From the NCBI RefSeq assembly GCF_009834535.1, contig NC_045696.1, forward strand, positions 44,828,001 through 44,892,000: DNA of 64,000 nucleotides, read 5' to 3'. This document shows positions 50,883-61,487 of the stretch, one piece after another; the first letter of the stretch is position 1; every line of letters begins with the position of its first letter. Below the pieces are notes generated by a model. That model was not told the DNA's origin and did not search any database. It worked only from the letters and a program-made list of their open reading frames with translations. This DNA comes from Camelus ferus. Lineage: Eukaryota. The translations under genes and the position numbers were made by a program.

Positions 50883-50970
50883 GACTGCATCAAAACATGT
50901 AAACAAGGACCTTGGGAATCTGGAAGAAAACAAAAAATTAGAAGAAAACAATCACAAAACAGAAGCCTAA
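50883..50970 (+). CDS. ALCAM: ALCAM exon 15, coding part (cytoplasmic tail TASKHVNKDLGNLEENKKLEENNHKTEA*, ending in PDZ-type motif TEA)
   Basis: ctcttgtag|G acceptor; TAA at 50968-50970; the exon continues 25 nt to the CAG|gtgggt donor at 50995/50996. Confidence 0.96.
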
Positions 50971-52513
50971 GAGAGAAACTGTCCCACTTGTCCAGGTGGG
51001 TAGGCTGTTGGAGGTTTATAGAAATAATTCCCAGGAAAGTATGAAACATCCTAGCAGATGAAAGATGAAGCCTCGACATTCAGATGCTTTATAATTGCAG
51101 GTTTCAAAACAGGAAAAGAGTGTTTCAGAAAGAAACTTTGGTTGCTCAGAAAGGTATTCTGAGAATAATGGAATCTCAACAGTCTCCCCATCCTCTGAAA
51201 AAAATCATTACCCTCAGAATAACCTAAATCAACTTTGAGATTGTAACATTCAGTGAGAACCTTGTAGTCTAATGCCAAAAATTTTGCTGAGTGCAAAGAC
51301 ACTTAGTTTTATAAGTTGATATTTTGGTTAGATGAGAGCCGATTCTAATACTTTGTTAATTTTAAATAGCAATTATGAGAATAGTTTTAAAATATGAAAA
51401 TTCTAATCCACAGATGTAATATACTTAAAAGTGTCAGTGTATTTATACAGCCACCTCCCAAATAATTTTAATGACAAGATAAACAAATTTGTGTGTGTCT
51501 AGACACACACGCACTCTTCCAGATAGTACCTATATTATATATGTATGTGTGTATAATGTATACATCAACATTATATATACACATCCTTATATTGCACATA
51601 TCTATATACAATAGCTAGATGAGTGTGGTTTTTAAGATACTCTCCAAAGGAGGTATGTTTCCATCGTATTGCCACTTGCTATTTGAGCTTTTTATTTTTA
51701 TTTATGTTGTCTTGAACCAGTCAAACAGAGAAGCCATTTGGACAAATTATTTTGTGTGTCCTTGAGAATAACCATTACTGTAGTTTACTCATATATGTAA
51801 AAATCCCCAACAGCCACAGTAAAATTTTGGTTGATTATAAATAAACCACATTACAATCTGAGTGAGTCACCTAAGTTAATCCCATAGAGAAGACTGGGGG
51901 CAAGGGAAAAAGTCGTTATTAGAAGGATGTGCATAGGAAAGAAAAATAGAATAATTGAAATAAGACATTTTTAAAATCTGAAAACCAGATCTCAAAGTGA
52001 TTGGGTGGAAGGACTAAGAACTGAATCCCTTGCCGCACACTGCCTTCCACTGGAGGCCAGATGTGCAGCATTTCTGCTGATTTTCACTTCTGCTTCTCTA
52101 GGATTCATTCCTCAATCCTTTGTAAACATAGAGTTTACCTTCCATTTTCTTCAAAATTAGATAAATTCTCAAAGGGAAACTGAGCTTGAAGACAAAGTCC
52201 ACAAAATAGAGTGTACTTGAAGTGACAAGTGAATTTTTTTCACCTGAAAAAAAGATAAAATGAAATATTTTCCTGAAAAATCTTATAATCCCCGTAAGAA
52301 TTAAGAAATTTCCACAAAAATAAAGATTCTCAACAATTCAAAAAAATTATTTGTAGAAGAGTTGCACTCATACCTGGGATTACAGTTGGGTTCAGGGACG
52401 ATGGGGTTTTATACAAAGTTCTTATGAAGTATCACTTTTAGTACACAGTATATGTTGATTGTGAAATGACTGCCGTAGTAACTTACCTGAAGTATGTTTT
52501 CTCATCATTTCAG

Positions 52514-54977
52514 AGAAAAAACTATATAGACCAATTGAAGCATGAACGTGGATTGTATTTAAGACATAAACAAAGACATTGACAGCAATTCGTGGTTCAA
52601 GTATTAAGCAGTTCATTCTACCAAGCTGTCACAGGATTTTAGAGAATTATCTCAAGTGAAATAATGAAATGAAATTACAAACAATGACAAGAAGTTTTGG
52701 CAGCCATGATAATAGTTCATATGTTGTGTTGGTTTAATTTTTTTTTTCTGTAAATGTCTGCACTGAGAATTTCTTTTTGGTTTGCCTTTTCTGTAAATTT
52801 TTTACGTAGCTATTTTTATACACTGTAAGCTTTGTTCTGGGAGTTGCTGTTAATCTGATGTATAATGTACTGTTTTTATTTCAATTGTTTATATGGGTAA
52901 TCTGAGAAGGTACATTTCTGATTCTGATTGCTATCAGTAATGCCCCCAAACTTTTTCACAAGCACCTAAATCCCAAAGGTGGCAGCTTGTGAAGACTGGG
53001 GACACACATTGCCCGAAGCAAAAGCTGTGATTTTTCTCACAGGGGAAGAGGCGGCAGAGGGTCAGATTGGTGTGCACCAGGTAAGCCATTGCTGTGTGTG
53101 TGCCACCAGCTGACTCTCAGAAGCAAACCACACACACATATGGACGCACACATAATAATGGTACTCCCAAACTCACAATTTTACCTACTCTGAAAAAAAC
53201 CTAACAGAATTTGGGTAGCATTTACCTTTAGAGACACCTTTAGAGTAAATTATTTTCTGTCCAAATAAAAAAAAAAGCAAATCAATGTGTGAGAGACACT
53301 TTGGAAAAATCATGGGGAACATTTCCATATTCGAAGATCACAATGTAAATCACTGTAATTGAAAATTGATATTAAATCCTTTGGGTTATCCACTGCCTTA
53401 AAATTATACCTATTTCCTTTAAAAAAAAAAAAAGATATCAGTCAGAATTGGAGATTTTTAACAGTGATCATTATCAAAGCTGTGTTATTTTCCACAGAAT
53501 ATAGAATATATATTTTTTTCGTGTGTGTTTTTGTTAACTACGCTACAAATATTGAATGCACCTTGAGATAATTTAGTGTTTTTAACTGGTATATAATTTA
53601 TCAAGCAGTACATGAAAGTGTAATAATAAAATGTCTATGTATCTTTAGTTACATTCAAATTTGTAACTTTATAAACATGTTTTATGCTTGAGGAACTTTT
53701 TAGGGTGGCAGTATAAATGGAGATTTCTGAGGTAGACTGGACACGGGCCAAGAGCTACGTGTGACTAGACTTTTAAACTCTGCTCTTTCCGGCAGAAGCC
53801 TGGTTTCTGGGAGAACACTGCACAGTCATTTTTGTCCCAAGGTTTGCATAACTTTATTGAAGAAAAAAAAAGGACATCAGATTTCCAGGTATAAAACTGT
53901 GTTCTTTGGGAGGAAAGGGAAAACTGGTGTTTGTTTTTTTTTAGATTGATGGAATAAGAAATTATGAAGGCAATGAAAAATAAACTGAAGATTAAAGTCA
54001 GATGAAGATTAGGAAATAAATACCTTGCCACTTCTGCATTATTTAGAAATACACGTTATTGTACATTTGTAAACCATTTGCTGTCTGGGCAATAGTGACT
54101 CAGTTTAATAAAAGCTTCCTGTAGTGTATTGGTATCAATTAAATACATAAAATATTCTATTAGTCTTGATGCTGTAAAAAAAATTGTGGGGAAAAAAAGA
54201 AAATATGTTATTTTGCCTCTAAACTTTGATTTATTGAAGTTTTATTTGGCAGGAAAAAAATTGAATCTTGATCAATATTTAAACCAAAGTGAAAGGGGAA
54301 AAACCAAAGTTGTTTGTTTTGCATGGCTAAGCCATTCTGTTATCTCTGTAAATACTGTGATTTCTTTTTTTTTCTTTTATCTTTAGAATTTTGTTAAAGA
54401 AATTCTAAAATTTTTAAACACCTGCTTTCCACAATAAACCATGAACACTAAAATGAAATTACTTCCATATAAATATATTTTTTCTTTTTTTCTTTTGGTA
54501 TGAGAGATCAAAGATTCAAAGTCTAACTCTAACTCCTAAGATATATTTGCAGAATGAAGCAATGTAACAATAGAAAGAAAGGTTTATACTATAACTATTT
54601 CCTGACTACTGTGGTTAACTAAATCCAAAAACAGCTGTCAGAACCTAGAGAGCGGAACATAGGAACTCTGAAGTCTGGACTGAAAGCAGAAAGTTTTCCA
54701 GGGGAAAGGGGACAACATTGTCACAGGGAATCAATGCCTGGATAAGAAGGAAAGCTCATGTGTGTAACGGCGGTCATGGCCAGGCTGGGAAGGAAGAGAA
54801 TGCACAGTCCTCAGCTTCTGAGGTTTCATCTCTCCAACTAAACTCTTCGGTAACAGGAGACAGATTTTGCCAGCTCAATGTTCACTCCCTATCTGTGGTT
54901 ACAGGAATTGTATGTGGAAATGGATTAACATACCCGTCTATGCCTAAAAGATAATAAAACTGAAATATGTCTTCACA
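52514..54977 (+). other. ALCAM: ALCAM exon 16, non-coding terminal exon (about 2.46 kb of 3'UTR)
   Basis: tcatttcag|AGA acceptor. The following sequence (ATAGACCAATTGAAGCATGAACGTGG) matches my recall of the ALCAM 3'UTR. It is AU-rich with no recognisable TE and has several AATAAA; the end is approximate. Confidence 0.85.
54953..54958 (+). terminator. Probable distal poly(A) signal of ALCAM (AATAAA)
   Basis: Upstream TGTA at 54909, CA dinucleotides about 16-19 nt downstream, then T/GT-rich sequence. Other AATAAA hexamers at 53264, 53625, 53979, 54015, 54107 and 54433 are candidate proximal sites. Confidence 0.65.
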
Positions 54978-55384
54978 TATCTCTCATAGCTGTCTGCCTC
55001 TTCTCTACACTAAGATGTTCATGTATGGAAAGTAGTTTTATTTATGAAAGAGTGGAAAACTCCCTGTGGCTCCCCATCTCTCTGGAGTGGGAGTGTAGCA
55101 AAATAAAGTTATCCATGCCTCCTGTTACATCAGGCGGACCACTTCAGCTAGTCCTTGATTTCACCAGTGATGATTTCCGTAGCGTGTGTGTCTCCGCCTG
55201 CAGCAACAGCGCCCTGCTGACTGTGGATGTCCCGTGCGGCTGTCCTCGGGGCTTATTAGGAGGACACCCTGATGTTTCTTCGCTTCCACCATTAACACAC
55301 CACTCATGGCACCAGCTGGAATCACCTAGAAATCCTTCCCCTTCAAAATAAGGGAAAGCCAGCCATGTGCTTTAGTGAAAGTAA

Positions 55385-56120
55385 TTAATATTTAGAGCCC
55401 ATTCTGTGTCCTAGGGTCATCATACATTATCTTATTTGATTCTTAGTAGTTATAAAGAGTATTAAATATTCCTCATTGAACAGCTGAAAACTGAGGTTTA
55501 GGGAGATTCCTTAACGCCCAAGTGCATTAAGCTTGTAAGTAGATAAGTTGGATGTGAAACCAGATCTGATTCTAAAGGCCATGCTCACCCCAGTCTACTG
55601 TAGTTCCCACATTTCTTTAATAAAGAAATCCTCCTCTTCGTAATATGTAAAGTTGGGAAATATTAATGGACGTATGAACTGGCTACACCATCTATGAAGG
55701 ATTATTCCAAGATGTTTAAATCACATAATAGGAAAATATTATATAATTTTAACTGCATTTTGATTACTAGACATTTTTGTATATAATTATGTATGTATTT
55801 AAAACACTTGTGTATTTTAAAACGTTACGTGACATACATATGTGTACATATAAATACATATATATGTCACATCACACTTTAAACACACATACTGCTATCA
55901 TTTACTAATGGCCTATTATGAGACGTGGATTATATTGATGTTTTATTCACATTACTTCATTTGAATCCACTCAATATCCTGCTTCAGGAGATGCTGTCCC
56001 CATCTTACAGATGACGACAACGTAAACAATTCTGTCTACCATCACAGAACCCAGAGGTGGTTGAGGCAGGATCCAAGCTCAAGAGGCCCAAGTCCAAGTT
56101 CCATTCACTGTATTGTTAAT
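55385..56120 (-). mobile_element. Two MIR remnants (about 55385-55600 and about 55890-56120)
   Basis: acattatcttatttgattct...gaaaactgaggtttagggaga and acattacttcatttgaatccactca...ccccatcttacagatga. Confidence 0.6.
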
Positions 56121-56420
56121 CATCCCTGTTGTGAGCATACACACGTGCGTTTGGGGAGGTTACCAAAAAGACCGATCTGCATTGAGTGATCAACTTGTTC
56201 TCCTCAGTAACTAATGCCGTTCATATTTAAAGTAATATGATAAGTATGTGAAAGCTGCTTTGAAAACAATAAATTATTATATAAATGTTAGTTTTTTATT
56301 ATGTGTCTAAGGAATCAAATGGAACTAACTCTACTATTTGAAAAAAGTAGCGCAGCAGATTTGGCTTTACGAGTGTCATACTTTAACAATAGAAATACTT
56401 CGGTTAATTATATAATGTAT

Positions 56421-58534
56421 GTATTTTTTTATTTATTTGTAATTGAAGTATAGTTGATTTACAATGTCTCAGGTGTATAACAAAGCAATTCAGTTATATA
56501 TGTATACACACACACATATGTAAATATGTATTATTGTTCAGATTCTTTTCCATTATAGGTTACTACAAGATATCGAATATAGTTCCCTGTGCTGTACAGT
56601 AGGTCCCTGTTGTTTATTTTATATACAGTAGTGTATATATGTTAATCCCAAATTCCTAATTTATCCCCCCTTCCCCTTTGGTAACCATAAGTTTGTTTTC
56701 TATGTACTGTTTTTTAAATAAGTTCATTTATATCATTCTTTTAGATTCCACATATAAATGACATCATATGATATTTATCTTTATCTGACTTACTTCATTT
56801 AATATGATATTCTCTAGGCCCATCCATGTTGCTGCAAATGGCATTATTTCACTCTTTTTTGTGGCTGAGTAGTAGTCCATTGTATGTATGTGTATACATA
56901 TATGTATACACAGACCACACCTTCTTTATCCAGCCATCTGTTGATGGACATTTATGTTGCTTCCATGTCTTGGCTGTTGTAAATAGTGCTGCTATGAACA
57001 CTGGGACGCATATATCTTTTTTTGTCTTTTCCAGATATATGCCCAGAGGTGGAATTGCTGGATCATATGGCAATTTTATTTTTTGTATTTTAAGAAACCT
57101 CCATACTGTTCTCCATAGTGGCTGGACCAATTCACATTCCCACCAACAGTGCAAGAGAGTTCCCTTTTTTCCACACCTTCTCCAGCGTTTATTAGTTGTA
57201 GACTTTTTGATGATGGCCATCCTGACCAGTGTGAGGTGCTACCTCATTATAGTTTTGATTTGCATTTCTCTGATAATTAGCAACATTGAGCATCTTTTCA
57301 TGTGCCTGTTGGTCATCTGTATGTCTTTTTTGGAGAAATGTTTATTTATGTCTTCTGCCCATTTTTTTGATTGAGGCATTTGTATTTTTGATATTGAGGT
57401 GTATGAGATCTTTATATGTTTTGGAAATTAATTCCTTGTTGGTTGCATTATTTGCAAATATCTCCTTCCATTCTGTAGGTCGTCTTTTCATTTTGCTTAT
57501 GGTTTCCTTTTCTGTGCAGAAGGTTTTAAGTTTAATTAGGTCCCATTTGTTTATTTTTGCTTTTGTTTCCATTACTCTAGGAGATGGATCCAAATAAATA
57601 TTCCTGCAATTTATGTCACAGAGTATCCTGCCTGTGTTTACCTCAAGGAGCTTTACAGTATCTGATCTCACAGTTAGGTCTTTAACCCATTTTGAGTTTA
57701 TTTTGTAGATTGTGTCAGAGAGTGTTTAATTTCATTCTTTCACATGTAGCTGTCCAGTTTTCCCAGCACCACTGCTGTCTTTTCTCCATTGTATATTCTT
57801 GCCTCCTTTATCGTAGATTGACTGACCATGAGTGCATGGGTTTATTTCTGGGCTTTCTATCCTGTTCCATTGATCTACATGTCTGTTTTTGTGCCAGTAC
57901 CACATTGTTTTGATTACTTTAGATATGTAGTATAGTCTGAAGTCAGGGAGCATGTTCCCCCAGCTCCGTTCTTCTTTCTCAAGATTGTTTTGCCTATCCA
58001 GGATCTTTTCTGTTACCATACAAATTAAAAAAAAATTTTGTTCCAGTTCTGTAAAAAATACCATTGGTATTTTGATAGGAATTGCATTGAATCTGAATAT
58101 GGCCTTGGGTAGTATGGCCATTTTAACAATATTGATTCTTCCAATCCAAGAACACGGTATATCTTTCCATCTCTTTGTGTGGTCTTCAATCTCTTTCATC
58201 AGTGTCTTCTAGTTTTCAGAGTGCAAGTCTTTTGCCTCCTTGGGTAGATTTATTCCTAGGTATTTTCTTCTTTGTGATGCGACAGTAAATGGGATTGTTT
58301 CCTTAAGTTCTCTTTCTGATATTTTGTAGTTAGTGTACAGAAATGCAACCGATTTCTGTGTATTAATTTTGTACCCTGCAACTTAACTGAATTCATTGAT
58401 GAGATCTGTACTTTTCCGGTGGTGCCTTAGGATAGTCTATGTATAGCATCATGTCACCTGCAAACAATGACAGTTTTACTTCCTCCTTTCCAATTTGGAG
58501 TCCTTTTATTTCCTTTTCTTCTCTGATTGCTGTG
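56421..58534 (-). mobile_element. LINE-1, 5'-truncated (about 2.1 kb), frameshifted ORF2 and 3'UTR; different, older subfamily than the one at 673-2896
   Basis: Minus-strand ORF2 pieces ([56 protein letters not shown]); tail ttgaagtatagttgatttacaatg; only a weak TSD (AATGTATRT). Confidence 0.95.
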
Positions 58535-60962
58535 AAGAATGTATATTTCTTATCTAAGCTTAGGAATAAAAAAATTTTTTAAACACACTGTTTGGGAAAC
58601 ATGAAGTTAGAAAACTGGAGTTCATTTTTTTCACTCTTCACCTATTCATCACCCTCATTTCAATCCAATTTCTTGTTCTTCCCCAAATCTCTCCCTCTCT
58701 CATTTTCCCTTATAAATGCTTCTCAAACGCACAGGTGTTCACTGGAAAATGAACACACAAGCATAAGGCTCCAAAGGCAGATTTCATTCTCAAGTTATTG
58801 GTCTTGTCCCTTTTTATTACCCATCTCAGGAAAAGGTTTTACCCTGTGATGGTCAAGCAGCTGAATGAAAGAAAAGGTATTTAGTTACATACATGGGCGT
58901 CTGTACATGTGCACACGTGTGTGCACGCACTCAGACACACATACCGTGGGCTATTTTGCCCCCATATTCCTGGAAGGGAGGACATAGGATTTGCTGATCA
59001 GAAAAGGAAGTGTTTGAAGAGCTCCAAAATATTTGTCAAATAGGAAGCAGCTCTGGCATAAAAATATTCATGATATTTTGATGGGAGGCATTCATATGTG
59101 TAACAAAGAGGCACAATAGCACATACTAGACTCAATAGTTGCAAAGAAATGTGTATGAATAAGCCTAATTGCATAAACTCTACGCTACCAAGAAATAAAC
59201 GAGGGCCTCAACATCATAGAGGCTCAAAAAATTATTAGATTGAGAAAATTATTGGAGAGCAGAGACTGGTCTCCAGAAGGATTAACTTTTGATAAAACAT
59301 GCCCTCAAAAGCTGACAGGAGCTCAATTTAAACTATTTATGAAATAAATAATCAAAATGTAATCTCGAATCTTCCTATACTTGCTTTCTTTCTGGTTATA
59401 TGTTCCCAGCTAGGCCAGGATGAATTGAGCTTCAGTTAGAAGTTTAACTTGATGACTTGGTTCACGTGCCATCTGAGACGTTCACTTCCACTTGAATGGA
59501 AATTTGGGCAACCTGTATAATTCTTTGAATTCTCATCAGTAAGAAAACCAAATTGTTAGTGAAATGAGATGCTTGATAACTGATTCACAGGGCTCTCCCT
59601 GCAATGGCTGATTAAGGAAATGGGATGGTTCTGTTAAGAAAAGGTTAAAGTCTAAGCATTAGAGTCATTTCTTGGCTGCTAAACTGTTACTAAAAACCCA
59701 TTTCACCCAGAATTTGGGGCTTCTCTATTGTTGGTAATAACAACTAAGTTCCTTTTTCTTATCTTGATTAGAATTGTCCACCAAAAGCTTTAAAATAGTA
59801 TTTGTATTGAGAGACAAATACACATTACCTATTGTTAATTCTGATTCCAAGAGGAAAGATGATTTTTTAAAACATTTTTAGGTTCATTTACAGGAGAAAT
59901 TTTCTGTGACTTTTCTTAATTTAGAGTTTTATTCTTCACAAATAATAGTCTGCATATTAAGCTATTTGAAAAATGATGGGTGGGTTTTGTCACACTGGCA
60001 ACACCACAAAAACAACAGCTAGACTTCCCTCCATACTCCTATCTGATAATCTGTTTTCAGAGAAATCCAGTTTAAAAGTTGCCTATAGTGATTTTGTTAC
60101 TCTGTCATCCTTTGAGTTTAATTTTTCTTAAATGTAATAGGAAAGTCATTAGAATATCAAATATGTACTTTACAGTTATCGGCACAGAACTCATCACGTT
60201 TTCTGCTGTGCTGATGACAATAGCAATTTATGGAATTAGTGTTCAATTCATAGAGTTGTGCGGATTTATAAATACTGATGCTGTGGCTTTTATGGTGTTT
60301 CGGCAACATCAGTGGAGTGAAATTTACATTGATCCCCTCAGCATCACCGTCCAGTGAGTCTTGGTGCTGTACCAAAGACAAACTGGCAGTGAGGCAGTCC
60401 TCATTGGTTCAACTCCATCATTCCCACTCTTACTAGTGGAATTAGAGTACATATATGTGTAGAGGCTGGGGGTGGAAATCCACTTCTCAATTTCTCATTT
60501 AAAATGATTTTTCTGGCTTTTGATCCAATGAGGATCCAATGTGGTTGGGAGCAAAGTTAAATGGGCGCTACCAAAATAATATACATGCCAATATAGAAAT
60601 GAAAGAGCAGAACAGAGCAGCAGAGTCGTGGAAACTTGGATGTGCGCAGGGAGCTATTCAGTTTTGATTTGGTTCTCCAAATCAGCTCAAGTTTCCAGAT
60701 TTAACGCACATGTGTTTACAATTGCAGTTAACTGAGCTTTTGCTAAAAGATGACTTTGTGTGATGAAGCATGTCACAGTAGTTTGTACAGCCTTTGATTT
60801 TGTTCATAGCTTGTATTTTTCTCCTTAGAAGAAGCTACTGCAGCTATACTGTAGGGTAAGTCCTTCCCTTCCACTCCCCTCTTTATGTGTTTCAGAAGAT
60901 GCTTCCTAAAATTAAACACTTTTGCAAAAAGCATCCTGTTCCCGGTTCTTTTCTGGTCCATT

Positions 60963-61487
60963 TGTTGCATTCGTTATCCTGATTCGTTACCCTTACCTGT
61001 CTTCATACCCTTTGTATGTGGCTTTGTAGTTCTTCCCAGAAAAGTGTCAGGGTGTATTTTCCCACCCCTGGACACAAGGCTCAGCCATATGATTTGCTTT
61101 GGCTGGTAAAATTGTGTGGAAGTGACCATCTTCTAGTTCTGAGTCCAGACCTCAAGTGGCCTACCATGTTTCTTCTTGCCCTCTGGTACTTCTGTTATCA
61201 CCATGAGAAGGATAAGCCAAGGCAAGCCTGGTAATGCCAACAGGAGGTTGAGGACACATGGAGCAGATCTGCACCAGGTAAGGTGCCTCAGACAAGCCCA
61301 GGCTAGAGCAGAGCTCCCAGCCAACCCTTGGCCACACAAGCAAGCCCAGCCAAGATCACCTGAGCCCGGTCTACATCAGCTGTCAATCAGATGACCCACA
61401 GACACAAGGGTTACTGTAACAAACGAGGGTTGTTTTAAGCCGCTGAGTTTTGAGATTGTTATTATGTGACAGTAACTAACTGGTACA
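60963..61487 (+). mobile_element. ERVL-MaLR solo LTR (old MLT1 G/H/I-like)
   Basis: ctcagccatatgatttgctttggc...caccatgagaagga...catggagcaga...ttgttttaagccgctgagttttgagattgtt...taactggtaca; 5' boundary approximate. Confidence 0.75.

Larger units (their letters stand above)
4568..54977 (+). other. ALCAM: ALCAM/CD166 gene body, exons 2-16 (5'-partial; exon 1 is upstream of the window)
   Basis: Fourteen coding exons with splice sites and consistent phases. They translate to GLGWYTVNSAYGDT...EENNHKTEA*, which matches mammalian ALCAM. The 3' end is estimated from the AATAAA at 54953. Confidence 0.98.

Noticed and set aside
7704..51870. Scattered AP-1 sites (TGAGTCA/TGACTCA at about 7704, 12320, 33049, 37833, 51863)
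   Set aside because: A 7-mer in two orientations is expected several times by chance in 64 kb, and the sites are not clustered.
56826..58212. Second ORF cluster (182, 123, 109 and 155 aa) as a gene downstream of ALCAM
   Set aside because: Frameshifted L1 ORF2 remnants and their antisense frames.
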